NCBI GenBank assembly: GCA_001784805.1
Contig: MFSE01000021.1
Location: forward strand, 4,241 to 68,240
Origin: Candidatus Moranbacteria bacterium RIFOXYA12_FULL_35_19
Lineage (GTDB): Bacteria; Patescibacteriota; Minisyncoccia; Moranbacterales; UBA2206
Direction of reading: 5' to 3'
Length of the DNA stretch: 64,000 nucleotides
The notes beneath the pieces are model-generated. The model was given only the letters and a program-made list of their open reading frames with translations, searched no databases and had not been told where the DNA came from. A program made the position numbers and the translations under genes. Shown piece after piece: positions 10,770-21,141 of the stretch (within the stretch, counting starts at the first letter, position 1; each line of letters begins with the position of its first letter).

Positions 10770-11783
10770 ATGAAAGATTCAAACGAAAAGGATGACAAAA
10801 AATTAATTGCGGTGGTGGATGGAATTAAGGAAAAATTCGGCGAAGGGGTAATTATGAAATTGGGAGATGTAAAAAGAGTGGATGTGGCGTCAATTCCAAC
10901 GGGAGCAATTTCACTTGACATTGCTTTGGGCATCGGTGGAATTCCGCGCGGAAGAGTGGTCGAAATTTATGGACCGGAATCAAGCGGGAAGACAACTTTG
11001 ACTTTGCATATCATTGCTAACGCGCAAAAAGCGGGTGGTGTGGCGGCGTTTATCGATGCCGAGCATGCCCTTGATCCAGAGTATGCCAAAAGAATCGGAG
11101 TCAATATTAACGATCTTTTGATTTCTCAACCAGACAATGGCGAGCAAGCGTTGGATATTGTGGAAACACTTGTGAGCTCTGGCGAAATTAGTATCATCGT
11201 GGTGGATAGCGTGGCGGCGCTGGTGCCAAAAGCGGAAATTGAAGGTGATATGGGTGATTCGCATATGGGACGGCAAGCGCGACTGATGTCGCAGGCTCTG
11301 CGAAAACTCACGGCTATCATTGCCAGATCAAATTGCACTGTGATTTTCATCAACCAAATCAGAATGAAAATCGGAGTGATGTTTGGCAATCCGGAAACAA
11401 CTACGGGAGGCAACGCACTTAAATTTTATGCTTCAGTGCGAATCGAAGTAAGAAGAAGCGCGCAAATTAAAAAAGGTGAAGATATTGTAGGCAACAGAAC
11501 GAAAGTTAAAATTGTTAAAAATAAAGTTGCTCCACCTTTCAAAACTACCGAGTTTGATATTATGTATAATGAAGGTATCAGCGCTTCTGGAGATGCGCTG
11601 GATACGGGCGTAAAATACGAAGTAATTGAAAAGAAAGGCAACTCCTACAATTTTGGCGAGATAAAATTAGGAGTCGGACGCGAAACGGCCAAGGCTACAC
11701 TCAAAGCTGACGCTAAATTGGTAAAAGAAATTTCTAAAAATATTTACGAAAAAATAAAAGAAAAAGAAAAAGCGGAAGAATAA
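10770..11783 (+). CDS. recA: recombinase RecA
   Basis: [48 protein letters not shown]. Confidence 0.99.
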   Translation: MKDSNEKDDKKLIAVVDGIKEKFGEGVIMKLGDVKRVDVASIPTGAISLDIALGIGGIPRGRVVEIYGPESSGKTTLTLHIIANAQKAGGVAAFIDAEHALDPEYAKRIGVNINDLLISQPDNGEQALDIVETLVSSGEISIIVVDSVAALVPKAEIEGDMGDSHMGRQARLMSQALRKLTAIIARSNCTVIFINQIRMKIGVMFGNPETTTGGNALKFYASVRIEVRRSAQIKKGEDIVGNRTKVKIVKNKVAPPFKTTEFDIMYNEGISASGDALDTGVKYEVIEKKGNSYNFGEIKLGVGRETAKATLKADAKLVKEISKNIYEKIKEKEKAEE

Positions 11784-11998
11784 AAAATAATCAAGTTACT
11801 GAAGAATTAAAATTTTTCCAAAATTGAACTCAAATTCTAAATTTTATAAACAAAAATTTCCCTCAATCAACGGCTACCAATGGAAATTTTTGGATAAAAT
11901 TTGAATTTTCCCGCCTGCCGGCGAGGCAGGTCAAACAGTAATTTCGCAAAAATTTTAATTCTTCAGTTATTTTATAATAATAATTAAAAAATAATTTT

Positions 11999-12613
11999 AT
12001 GGAACAGCATCCATCAAAAGAAAGAACGCTGGTGATTATCAAGCCAGACGGAGTGCAAAGAAGTTTAATCGGAGAAATTGTCAAAAGGTATGAGCGGGTC
12101 GGGTTGAAATTGATTGGTATAAAAATGGCAATTCCTACTAGAGAAATGGCGATAAAGCATTATTATGAAGTGGGAGGAGATGCTTGGCTGGAAGAAGTTG
12201 GTAGAAAAGCAAGAGAGAATTATGAAAAAAAAGGTTTGCAATCACCTTTTGCAACTAATATGGAAAATGGCAAAGCGATTATGGAAGCGAATGCAAAATA
12301 TCTTAGTTCTGGTCCCGTAGTAGCAATGATTTGGCAGGGAAATCAAGCAGTAGCATTAGTGCGAAAAATTACTGGAAGCACGGAACCACTTTCTTCTGAT
12401 GTGGGAACTATTCGAGGCGATTTGACTCTCGACACTTATCAAATGTCTGATTTAGATCAAAGAAGTATTCGAAATCTAATTCACGCTAGCGGGAATGTAT
12501 CTGAAGCAGAAAAAGAAATTCCAATTTGGTTTGAAAAATCGGAAATCCTAAATTATACTCATCTACAAGAAAAAATTCTTTATGATGTTAATATGGATGG
12601 AATTTTAGAATAA
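11999..12613 (+). CDS. ndk: nucleoside-diphosphate kinase
   Basis: ERTLVIIKPDGVQR, SGPVVAM, GTIRGD, NLIHASG. Confidence 0.96.
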   Translation: MEQHPSKERTLVIIKPDGVQRSLIGEIVKRYERVGLKLIGIKMAIPTREMAIKHYYEVGGDAWLEEVGRKARENYEKKGLQSPFATNMENGKAIMEANAKYLSSGPVVAMIWQGNQAVALVRKITGSTEPLSSDVGTIRGDLTLDTYQMSDLDQRSIRNLIHASGNVSEAEKEIPIWFEKSEILNYTHLQEKILYDVNMDGILE

Positions 12614-12680
12614 ATTATACTTTCAAGACAAACAAAAAATCCCTGAAAATATTTCGGGGATTTTTTTAGACGCTAGCTTT

Positions 12681-12848
12681 TTATTTGGCCATTGTTTTTA
12701 GACATTTCGTGCAGACTTTTTTCGATTTATTGCCAATAGTTTTAGTTTGCAGATTGATTTTGTATTTTCGAAGAGTCTTGATATTGGAATGACTAACTTT
12801 GTTTCCAACTTGGGAGCCTCGGCCACAAACATCGCATATTCTAGACAT
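12681..12848 (-). CDS. rpmB: 50S ribosomal protein L28, zinc-ribbon form (absent from the ORF track)
   Basis: Hand translation [55 protein letters not shown]. Confidence 0.95.
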   Translation of the reverse strand: MSRICDVCGRGSQVGNKVSHSNIKTLRKYKINLQTKTIGNKSKKVCTKCLKTMAK

Positions 12849-12850
12849 AA

Positions 12851-12926
12851 TCATGAATCATGAAACATATAACATGAAACAAAAATGAAACAAAATTGTT
12901 TCATGTTTCATGTTGAGTGTTACATG
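12851..12926. repeat. CATGAAA/TTTCATG degenerate inverted repeat
   Basis: CATGAA/AACAT units followed by GTTTCATG/TGTTACATG units; related copies at 26464-26556, 27289-27383 and inside miaB at 47040-47070. Confidence 0.75.
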
Positions 12927-13037
12927 GTTGAGTTGATTTATTACAAGATATAATGTAGCATACAAGGGTAATAAAAGCAAGTGTTCGCGATGCGAATCTA
13001 CGAATGCATGCGAATCTACGAATAATAAAAAAAGTCT

Positions 13038-13727
13038 ATGCTTAATGAAGTTGTCCTAATTGTTTTCTATATCGCCATTCTGCTTTATAGCGTGATTATT
13101 CATGAGGTGGCACATGGGTTGGCAGCGCTTAGGCTTGGCGATACGACAGCTAAATATGCTGGTCGGCTTACAGCTAACCCTTTGAAGCATTTGGATATGG
13201 TGGGTTCATTTTTTGCGCCACTCTTTATGTATCTTTCTTTTGGCTTTGCTTTTGGCTGGGCCAAGCCTGTGCCATATAACCCTTATAATCTCAAGAATCA
13301 GAAATGGGGACCAATGTTAGTGGCGCTTGCTGGACCGGGAATAAATTTAATAGTAGCACTTTTTGCTGCACTTTTGGCCAGATTTATCGCTCTCCCTATA
13401 TATCTTAAAAAAGATATTATTGAAAATGTTAATGAATGGTCAACGGTTTCTGAACTAATTTCCGGATCAGTGAGTACGATATTTTATGAAATTCTAAGTA
13501 TTATTGTAATTATTAATGTCTTCTTGGCTTTTTTCAATTTGATTCCCATCCCACCACTAGATGGTTCCAAGATATTGTTCACTTTATTTCCTGTTAGAAT
13601 TGAAATACAAGCCATGCTCGAACAATTTGGCTTTGCCCTGCTTTTGTTTTTTATTTTCTTTTTTTCTACGCCTCTTCGCATCTTCCTTGGCACCGCCATC
13701 AACGCTTTTCTAAATATCGCGATTTAA
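13038..13727 (+). CDS. site-2 protease family (peptidase M50)
   Basis: IIHEVAHG HExxH, FGWAKPVP, FNLIPIPPLDG. Confidence 0.95.
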   Translation: MLNEVVLIVFYIAILLYSVIIHEVAHGLAALRLGDTTAKYAGRLTANPLKHLDMVGSFFAPLFMYLSFGFAFGWAKPVPYNPYNLKNQKWGPMLVALAGPGINLIVALFAALLARFIALPIYLKKDIIENVNEWSTVSELISGSVSTIFYEILSIIVIINVFLAFFNLIPIPPLDGSKILFTLFPVRIEIQAMLEQFGFALLLFFIFFFSTPLRIFLGTAINAFLNIAI

Positions 13728-13893
13728 CTTGACTTTTGTCGAAAGATGATGTATAATAGATAGGTAATGAGAAAGCGGGTGAATGCCGCTTTTTTTATTT
13801 TTACCCTGTTGAATAAATTTTGCAGAGCAAAATTATTTTTCCTCCGGAAAAATTATTCAACAGGGTGAACTAATTATTAAAAAAAACAAAAAT

Positions 13894-14037
13894 ATGGAAA
13901 AAGAAAAATGCGACTGCCCCCAATGTAAAATTAGGGAGGTACAAGAACAAGAAGCAGAGGAAATGAATTTTGCCGTGCTCGTGGCTTTAGTGCCAGTTCT
14001 CACTATCACGCTTTTTAACACGGTTGGTTTGATATAA
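13894..14037 (+). CDS. 47-aa small membrane protein with CxCxxC (absent from the ORF track)
   Basis: MEKEKCDCPQCKIREVQEQEAEEMNFAVLVALVPVLTITLFNTVGLI*; upstream TTGACT-17-TATAAT promoter at 13729-13757; downstream terminator. Confidence 0.65.
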   Translation: MEKEKCDCPQCKIREVQEQEAEEMNFAVLVALVPVLTITLFNTVGLI

Positions 14038-14096
14038 AAAGCGGATAAAAACTTCAAATAAAAAAAATCTGAATTTTAAGAATTCAGATTTTTTAT

Positions 14097-14654
14097 TTAG
14101 GCGCGGGAAACATACTCGCCTCGTTCAGTGTTGATGATAATTTCGTCACCCTCTTTGATGAAAAGTGGAGTGGAAACTTTCAAGCCCGTTTCAACTGTCA
14201 CAACTTTTCCGCCGGTGGAAACAGTGTTGCCTTTTATTCCTGGGGGAGCTTCGATAACTTTCAAAGTTATTTTTACCGGTAGCTCAATGTTGATCGGATT
14301 GCCACTCCAATTCAAAATTGAAACTTCCGTGCCTTCTTTTAAATAATTGATATTGTCTCCCAAAGCACTTTTGGAAAGAGTAAATTGCTCATAGGATTCA
14401 TTGTCCATAAAATTATAATTGTCATTTTCTTTGTAGGTGTATTGAGCTTTGGTTTTAGAAATGTCAGCTTCCTCGACTGATTCGGCGCCTTGAAAAGTTT
14501 TTTCTAATACTGTTCCATTGGCAAGATTTTTAAGTTTTGTGCGAAGCACTGATCCGGCCCGTCCCGTTTTAGAATGCTCATGATAAAGCACGATATAAGG
14601 AATATCATTTAGAATAATATTAGTTCCGGTTTTGATGTCTGAAATATTTAACAT
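14097..14654 (-). CDS. efp: elongation factor P
   Basis: KTGRAG loop, KLKNLANG, ETGLKVSTPLFIKEGD, NTERGEYVSRA. Confidence 0.96.
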   Translation of the reverse strand: MLNISDIKTGTNIILNDIPYIVLYHEHSKTGRAGSVLRTKLKNLANGTVLEKTFQGAESVEEADISKTKAQYTYKENDNYNFMDNESYEQFTLSKSALGDNINYLKEGTEVSILNWSGNPINIELPVKITLKVIEAPPGIKGNTVSTGGKVVTVETGLKVSTPLFIKEGDEIIINTERGEYVSRA

Positions 14655-14739
14655 AAAAGCATATTAACATTTTAACATATTAACAAAAAAAACAAATTAA
14701 GCATGCTAAAATGCTAAAATGTTAATATGATAGAATGAT

Positions 14740-14961
14740 TTACCGTGCGACAAAAGGCACTAGCGCCATTGTTCTGGCTTTTTTTATGGCGTTAGCTAAA
14801 GTTCTTTGATGATGGGTGCAAGTGCCGTGTCGTTTAGGCGGATAAATTTTTCCTTGTGAATTCATAAAACGACGCAAAAGATAAGCGTCCTTGAAATCAA
14901 TTTTTTCAATCTTGTTCTGGCAAAAATAGCATAATTTTTTTTCAGTTTGTTGTGTTTCCAT
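14740..14961 (-). CDS. rpsR: 30S ribosomal protein S18
   Basis: CYFC, IDFKD, GKIYPPKRHGTC, HQRTLANAIKKAR. Confidence 0.96.
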   Translation of the reverse strand: METQQTEKKLCYFCQNKIEKIDFKDAYLLRRFMNSQGKIYPPKRHGTCTHHQRTLANAIKKARTMALVPFVAR

Positions 14962-14968
14962 AATTATA

Positions 14969-15059
14969 GTTTTACGAAATACGAAATTAATACTAAATAC
15001 GAAAGTACGAAAGGGGAATTTAGTTGTTTCGTATTTCGCTTATTTCGTAGTTCGTAATT
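14969..15059. repeat. TACGAA-family inverted repeat between ssb and rpsR
   Basis: Near-identical to 15551-15641; differences are confined to the central loop. Confidence 0.88.
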
Positions 15060-15060
15060 G

Positions 15061-15546
15061 TTAAAAGGGTACATCTTCAATTTTTACTTCATTCTCTTCC
15101 TCGTCTAAGTTGATAGTGGGAATTTCTTCAGCGGGTGCTTCTTGACTAGTTGGGGTTGGCTTGGCTGGAGCTGGAGCAGGATTGTTATAAGAAGAAGGAG
15201 TTGCTCCATAGGCACTTCTTGGCTTTGAACCAAGTTGCATATTTTCTGCTATGATTTCTGTTTTATAACGATCAACCCCACTTTTATCGGTAAATTTTGT
15301 GGTTTGAAGTCTGCCTTCAATGTAGGCTTCTTGGCCTTTAATTAGATATTGTCCAGCAATTTCTCCCAGTCTTCCCCAAAGAACGATATTGTGAAATTCA
15401 GTGCGTTCTTGTTTTTGACCATTTTTATCTTTCCAAGTGTGTCCTGTCGCAAGACCAATCGAAGCCACTGTTTGTCCAGAGGGAGTATTTCTCACTTCTG
15501 GATCGCGCGTGAGTCGTCCGACTAAAATAACTTTGTTGACATTCAT
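15061..15546 (-). CDS. ssb: single-stranded DNA-binding protein
   Basis: NKVILVGRLTRDPE, TEFHNIV, IEGRLQT, acidic tail IEDVPF. Confidence 0.98.
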   Translation of the reverse strand: MNVNKVILVGRLTRDPEVRNTPSGQTVASIGLATGHTWKDKNGQKQERTEFHNIVLWGRLGEIAGQYLIKGQEAYIEGRLQTTKFTDKSGVDRYKTEIIAENMQLGSKPRSAYGATPSSYNNPAPAPAKPTPTSQEAPAEEIPTINLDEEENEVKIEDVPF

Positions 15547-15550
15547 AATA

Positions 15551-15641
15551 GTTTTACGAAATACGAAATTAATACTAAATACGAAAGTACGAAAGAGGAG
15601 TTTTAATGTTTCGTATTTCGCTTATTTCGTAGTTCGTAATT
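15551..15641. repeat. TACGAA-family inverted repeat between rpsF and ssb
   Basis: Near-identical to 14969-15059. Confidence 0.88.
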
Positions 15642-15642
15642 G

Positions 15643-16143
15643 TTAAATATTAAGTATTTCTTCTAACTTTTTATCAAGGTCGTCATTTTTTGGAGATTCT
15701 GGCTGGGTTTTTTCGGAATTTTTTTCGAGACTAACTTCGGGAGTTTCTTTTATTCCAGCCTTTTTTTCTATAATTTCCTTTTTTTTGGCTTTGTTTTTTT
15801 GAACAGTTTCTTTTTTGGTCAAATCCTCCATTCTTTCGTTTTTAGTTTTGAGTTCTGGCAAGTCTTGTGCTTTGCTCAAAATAAATCTGGCAATATTAGT
15901 GTTAAGATTAAATTTGGCGGTAATTTCTTTTAGATTTTGAGTATCTTCCAGATTGAATCGGCGGGCAATGTAGATTCCGTGATTTTCTTTGCCGACAGTG
16001 TAAGAAAGTTTTCTTTTTTCTAGCGTTTCTTTTTCCAGAAACTCTCCACCAGCATCTTTTACGATTTTTTCCACTTCAGACTTAATGTTTTCTAGCTCGT
16101 TTTCTTTCGAAGCGCCGACTAGATAGAAAATTTCATAGGTCAT
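15643..16143 (-). CDS. rpsF: 30S ribosomal protein S6 with charged C-terminal extension
   Basis: YEIFYLV, KRKLSYTV, GIY; rpsF-ssb-rpsR synteny. Confidence 0.92.
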   Translation of the reverse strand: MTYEIFYLVGASKENELENIKSEVEKIVKDAGGEFLEKETLEKRKLSYTVGKENHGIYIARRFNLEDTQNLKEITAKFNLNTNIARFILSKAQDLPELKTKNERMEDLTKKETVQKNKAKKKEIIEKKAGIKETPEVSLEKNSEKTQPESPKNDDLDKKLEEILNI

Positions 16144-16383
16144 ATTGTCATTTTAGCATGTTAGCATATTAACAAAAAGTTATTAGCATTTGTTAAAATG
16201 CTAAAATGTTAATATGTTAAAATGAATTAAATTAAATCCGTTCAAAGAAAGTCCTTGACGGATGGTAGTTTTCTTATCTCATCGGGGTCCGCCTTCGCTA
16301 AAGCTATGGCGGGACAAGCGAGAAAACTATTGGACTTTTTTGATTGATTATAGGTTAGCAATAAATTTAGTTTAAGTCAAGGG

Positions 16384-16497
16384 CTTTACGAAATACCCGC
16401 CTCGACTCGCGGAGACCGCTTGTCGACGCGAGGCGGGCGAAATAAGCGAAATACTAAAGTACGAAAAGGGAACTTAATTGTTTCGTATTTCGTAAAA
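16384..16497. repeat. TACGAA-family element carrying a nested 42-bp GC-rich hairpin (16396-16437)
   Basis: Removing CCCGCCTCGAC...GTCGACGCGAGGCGGG restores TTTACGAAATACGAAATAAGCGAAATAC, as seen at 61048. Confidence 0.85.
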
Positions 16498-16498
16498 A

Positions 16499-17551
16499 CT
16501 AAATTTTGAATTCTATTACATCGCCATCATTTACTATGTATTCTTTGCCTTCCGTGCGTAGTTTGCCGATTTCACGAGCTTTGGCCCAAGAGCCAGCTTT
16601 CAAAAGTTCATCCCATTGGATAACTTCGGCGCGAATAAATTTATCTTTGAAATCATTATGAATGGCGGTGCCGGCAATTGGCGCGGTGGAATTTTTTCGG
16701 ATCGTCCAAGCGCGAGTTTCATCGGTTCCCGTTGTGAGAAAAGTGATCAGGCCTAAAATTTCATACGCCTTGATTATCAATTCATCTAAATTAGATTTTA
16801 TTCCAAGTTCATTTGCTTCATCTTCCGACATTTCCAAAAGTTCTTCTTCGATTTTGATATCTAATTTTATATGATTTTTATTTTCTAAGACAGGCGATAA
16901 TTTTTGGCTGATGTTGTCGGTGTTAAAAGCATAAAGAAAAGGTTTCATTGTGAGCAGAGAAAGTTCGCGGACGATAATTTCGGCATTCTCTTCGGATAAA
17001 TCTAAATTAGTTTCATTGGCTAGACGGCCTTCTTCTAAATTTTTTTGGATTTTTTGCAAAACGGTTAATTGAATGTCGGCTCCTTTTTTGTTTCCACGAG
17101 CATCTTTTTCAATTCTTGTGCGGACTTTTTTGACTGTTTCTAAATCGGCGATAATTAGTTCAGCGTTGATTATCTCAATATCATTTTCCGGATCAATAAT
17201 ATTGTGCACATGAATAATTTTGTCATTTTGAAAAACTCGAACCACTTGGACAATCGAATCCACTTCGCGAATAGTCGCCAGAAATTTATTTCCGAGTCCT
17301 TCACCCGTAGAAGCACCCTTGACCAAGCCGGCAATATCGACAAATTCGATAACGGTCGGAATAATTTTGGCGCTATGGGACATCTCGGCGAGTTTTTCCA
17401 AACGAATATCAGGCACTTTTACAATTCCAACATTAGGTTCGATGGTGCAAAAAGGATAATTCTGAATATCTACCGGATTTTTGGTAAGAGCCTTAAAAAG
17501 TGTAGATTTTCCAACATTAGGCAGTCCAACAATTCCAATTTTTAGCGACAT
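16499..17551 (-). CDS. ychF: ribosome-binding ATPase YchF
   Basis: GIVGLPNVGKST, NYPFCTIEPN, DIAGLVKGAS, GKEYIVNDGD. Confidence 0.98.
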   Translation of the reverse strand: MSLKIGIVGLPNVGKSTLFKALTKNPVDIQNYPFCTIEPNVGIVKVPDIRLEKLAEMSHSAKIIPTVIEFVDIAGLVKGASTGEGLGNKFLATIREVDSIVQVVRVFQNDKIIHVHNIIDPENDIEIINAELIIADLETVKKVRTRIEKDARGNKKGADIQLTVLQKIQKNLEEGRLANETNLDLSEENAEIIVRELSLLTMKPFLYAFNTDNISQKLSPVLENKNHIKLDIKIEEELLEMSEDEANELGIKSNLDELIIKAYEILGLITFLTTGTDETRAWTIRKNSTAPIAGTAIHNDFKDKFIRAEVIQWDELLKAGSWAKAREIGKLRTEGKEYIVNDGDVIEFKI

Positions 17552-17818
17552 AAGAATTTAGTTAAAAGTTAGAAAGTTCATAAAGTCTATAAAGCCTATA
17601 AAGTCATTGTGTATGGAGAAAGTTTCTTTGTCAATGAATGGAAATTAAAAATTAATCAATAAACTTTCCTAAAGCTCGGCTTTAGGAAAGTAAGAGCAGG
17701 AGATTAGAATTGAAGAGGTATAAATTCAAGGATTTATGCACTGCTTTTTGGGCAGTTTTTTTATTTGCCAAAAGCCTTGCTTGGGGGTATATTTGATGTA
17801 TAAAAATAAATTAAAAAT

Positions 17819-18259
17819 ATGAAAATTTTTGGTTATAGATCTAAAAAATGTCTCTCTTATTTAGCTTTTGGCGTTGCTATTGCTGTTGGAATTTTTGCAA
17901 CTTACAAACTGTTTTTTAATTCAATTGATTTAGACCTTGGAATGTTTTTGATTAAGTCAGTTTTAATTATTTTTCTTTTTATAGGGTGGGCAATGCATAT
18001 TGATCCAGACCGAAAAAAAGAAGAGGATGATAATTTAGACCAGAATGAAAAAATTTCTAAAGAAAGGATCAAAATTATTAATAAAAAACTTAGAAAGTCC
18101 TTTTTTTGCTATACAGTAATTAGTTTTCTTCTTATATCACTCATAATTTTTGTGATTGATGACGAATTGGTAACTTCAATTTTTGCAGGTTTATTCTTTT
18201 CTATTTTTCTTTCAGTTATAATAATTTCTTTTCAGAAATATTTTCGGGATCGGAAATAA
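17819..18259 (+). CDS. hypothetical membrane protein (about 4 TM)
   Basis: 146-aa ORF with four hydrophobic segments. Confidence 0.65.
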   Translation: MKIFGYRSKKCLSYLAFGVAIAVGIFATYKLFFNSIDLDLGMFLIKSVLIIFLFIGWAMHIDPDRKKEEDDNLDQNEKISKERIKIINKKLRKSFFCYTVISFLLISLIIFVIDDELVTSIFAGLFFSIFLSVIIISFQKYFRDRK

Positions 18260-18310
18260 AATTGGGACTTTGGTATGATAAAATTATTGTAATTTATTTT
18301 AATAATATTT

Positions 18311-18550
18311 ATGGATAATAAAAAAAATATTTTGAAACTTTGTTTTCACTGCGACCGTAGTATATTGGAAAATGGGAGAATATCAATTAGTTCTATAACC
18401 CACGCCGGATTGAAAGATAATATTTTAAAAAGGCACAGGGAAAAAATGAAGGCGATTACTAATTATGATGATTATGAACCTTATCTTATGCACTTGCGTT
18501 GCTATGATGATATTGCATCTGGATTGGGATTTGGTGATGGAGAATATTAA
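18311..18550 (+). CDS. small hypothetical protein (CxxC...HxxC, possibly zinc-binding)
   Basis: CFHC and HLRC; lies 16 nt upstream of the helicase gene. Confidence 0.55.
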   Translation: MDNKKNILKLCFHCDRSILENGRISISSITHAGLKDNILKRHREKMKAITNYDDYEPYLMHLRCYDDIASGLGFGDGEY

Positions 18551-18566
18551 AAATAATTAAAAACAC

Positions 18567-21110
18567 ATGCTTATTAGGGGTAATTGTATTAGATGTCACG
18601 AATATGGAAACCTTCAGCCTGATAGATCTTTTAGGAAAGGTGTTTGTGAAATGTGTATCGACAAGGAAGAACGAGAGAAGATAAAGAAAGAGGAAATATT
18701 GGAGAAAAGCAGAATGGAAGTAGTTCTAAAAGATCTTGCGCCTGCACTATCTTTTTTAGACAAAGATAATTACTTTGAAGCCGATTGGTTTGTACTAGGA
18801 AAGCAATCTAGTGAGCTACTCAAAGAATATGAAAAAATAAAATTAAAGTTTGTTAAGGCAGATTTACTAAATTTAGAAAGAAAGATTGGAGAAAAGGAAG
18901 GATATTTCGATGATGAAAAAGCAACTGTGCTTTCAGCAACAGGCAAAAATATTCTTGTTCAAGCTCGTGCTGGTTCTGGAAAAACAACAGTGGTGGCATT
19001 ACGAGTAAGGCAACTAATTAAATATTACAAAGCAAAACCCAATGAGATTTTAGTGCTTGCTTTTAATAACAAAGCAGCTGATGAATTTCGTGATCGCATA
19101 GAGAAATATTGTGGAAAGGGATTTGCGACAAAGTCAAATACGCTTACCTTTCATGCCTTGGCGCGTCGCATTGCAAATTCAAATAAGAATCTTTTGGATG
19201 GAGAAAAAATTATTGGCACCGAAAATGATTGTCGTGGACAAGACAAGAAACTCCAAATTGATTTTATGCAGGAATGCTTTAATAATGTTGAAGAAAGAGA
19301 GAATGGTATTATAGAGAAATTATTTTATTATTTCTTAAAAACTGTTTCAGAAAAAATGAGAGGAGCGTTTCGGGATGATAAGGACTACTATTTTTATTTG
19401 AGGAATTTGCAACAAACAACTATTGCGGGGGAATTTGTAAAATCTAAAGGCGAAAAATATATTGCCGATTTTTTATTTGAACATAGAATTTCCAAAAATG
19501 GAAAAGAGCTTGAATATGTTTACGAACATAATATAAAGGATTTTATTAAAAGTGCTCGTGCATATTCGCCAGACTTTTCATTATTTTTTTCTGATGATGA
19601 GAAAAAAGAAAAACTACAGGCCGTAATAGAGTACTTTGGTTTTACAGAAAAAAATAAGGGATTTCCTGGTTTTTTTGAAACGGAAAAAGAAGCACAAGAT
19701 TATTTGGACGAAGCTAAGAATAAAAGACAATTATTCCAAGGTAAAAAAATCGCGTTTATTGAGATTTCACAAGATCATTTTGATCAAATCGCGGTTAATA
19801 ATTTTAGGGATGAAGAATCTGAGCGATTTGAGTTTGAAAATATTATTCGACGAAAGCTGATTAAATTAGGTTTTGATATTTCAGAGAATAGATTGGGTAT
19901 AAAAGAGATATTATCTAAAATACCTAGAATGGAAAGGCGAAAAAAAAAGTTAGTTTTTCAAATTACTCAATTTATTAATAAAGCTCAAAAATTATCCTAC
20001 GATCCAGATAAGATTAGAGAAAAAGCTGAAATTGAAAAGAAGAATGGCGATTTAAGTTCACGAAACGAATATTTTTTAAAAATTGTTTCTCGTGTTTACC
20101 GAGAGTATTGTGACCAATTAATAAAACAATCCTGCACCGATTTTGATGGTCTTTTTGTTGATGCAATTAATAAAATAAAAAATGAGGGTGGAAAATGCAA
20201 GATAGTATCAAAATACGGAGAAGTAGAGATTGCGAATATAAAATATATTCTCATTGATGAGTATCAAGATTTTTCAGAGCTTTTTTATAGGCTTATTGAT
20301 GAAATTAGGAATGTAAGCTTGCCAGTTTCTCTTTTTTGTGTCGGCGACGACTGGCAGGCAATTAATGGTTTTGCTGGATCAGATTTAGAATATTTTGAAA
20401 ATTTTGAAAGAAAATATTTTATCGGTGGGCGCAGAATATCACTCCTAACAAATTATCGGAGTGGTGGGGACATTGTTCGGCATGCTAATTTATTAATGGA
20501 TGGTCGTGGCCCTAGCGGAGAACCAGAAAAAAATAAATCAAATGGCGCCATATATCTTTCCAAATTGCTCAGAGTGGAATTAAGATCAAATCAAGACTAT
20601 ATAAAAGAATTTAATAATGATAAAAAATATAGATTAGCGGCACGGTCGCTCGTTGGTTTGCAAGATAAAGCTAAGAAAACCCCATTAGAGATTAGTCGAT
20701 ATCTTAAAACAGTAGAAGCCATTGCAAGGAATATAGGCAATAAAGATATTTGCTTACTATTTCGTACTAATAGTCTTTATGGTGTAGAAATATCACGATT
20801 TACGAAGGTAATTCTAACATGGTGTCCTCAGCAGCATATTATTTGCTCAACTGTGCATAGTTTTAAAGGCAAAGAAAAGGAAGTAGTTATTGTTGTTGAT
20901 GCAAATCGCAAAAAATTTCCTAAAATTCATCCAGATAATGAGCTTATGGACTTGCTTGGGGTCAATATGTTAAAAGTGCTAGAAGAAGAGCGGCGATTAT
21001 TTTATGTTGCAATTACAAGAGCTAAGGAAGAATTATATTTGTTGTATGATGAAGAAATTGGTTATTCAGATTTTATCTCTCCTGAGAGGTGGCGATATTT
21101 GCAAATCTAA
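18567..21110 (+). CDS. UvrD/HelD-like SF1 helicase with inserted nuclease-like domain
   Basis: ARAGSGKT, LIDEYQD, VGDDWQAINGF, NYRS, STVHSFKGKE, EERRLFYVAITRA; internal KSKGEKYIADFL...PDF...IEYFG. Confidence 0.9.
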   Translation: MLIRGNCIRCHEYGNLQPDRSFRKGVCEMCIDKEEREKIKKEEILEKSRMEVVLKDLAPALSFLDKDNYFEADWFVLGKQSSELLKEYEKIKLKFVKADLLNLERKIGEKEGYFDDEKATVLSATGKNILVQARAGSGKTTVVALRVRQLIKYYKAKPNEILVLAFNNKAADEFRDRIEKYCGKGFATKSNTLTFHALARRIANSNKNLLDGEKIIGTENDCRGQDKKLQIDFMQECFNNVEERENGIIEKLFYYFLKTVSEKMRGAFRDDKDYYFYLRNLQQTTIAGEFVKSKGEKYIADFLFEHRISKNGKELEYVYEHNIKDFIKSARAYSPDFSLFFSDDEKKEKLQAVIEYFGFTEKNKGFPGFFETEKEAQDYLDEAKNKRQLFQGKKIAFIEISQDHFDQIAVNNFRDEESERFEFENIIRRKLIKLGFDISENRLGIKEILSKIPRMERRKKKLVFQITQFINKAQKLSYDPDKIREKAEIEKKNGDLSSRNEYFLKIVSRVYREYCDQLIKQSCTDFDGLFVDAINKIKNEGGKCKIVSKYGEVEIANIKYILIDEYQDFSELFYRLIDEIRNVSLPVSLFCVGDDWQAINGFAGSDLEYFENFERKYFIGGRRISLLTNYRSGGDIVRHANLLMDGRGPSGEPEKNKSNGAIYLSKLLRVELRSNQDYIKEFNNDKKYRLAARSLVGLQDKAKKTPLEISRYLKTVEAIARNIGNKDICLLFRTNSLYGVEISRFTKVILTWCPQQHIICSTVHSFKGKEKEVVIVVDANRKKFPKIHPDNELMDLLGVNMLKVLEEERRLFYVAITRAKEELYLLYDEEIGYSDFISPERWRYLQI

Positions 21111-21141
21111 TTCAATTAAAAGATATAAAAATTTTAAACTT

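Noticed and set aside
16230-16335. S6:S18 ribosomal leader upstream of rpsF
   Set aside because: A stem with a CCG-containing loop is present, but it is interrupted by a repeat insert and I cannot confirm the motif by eye.
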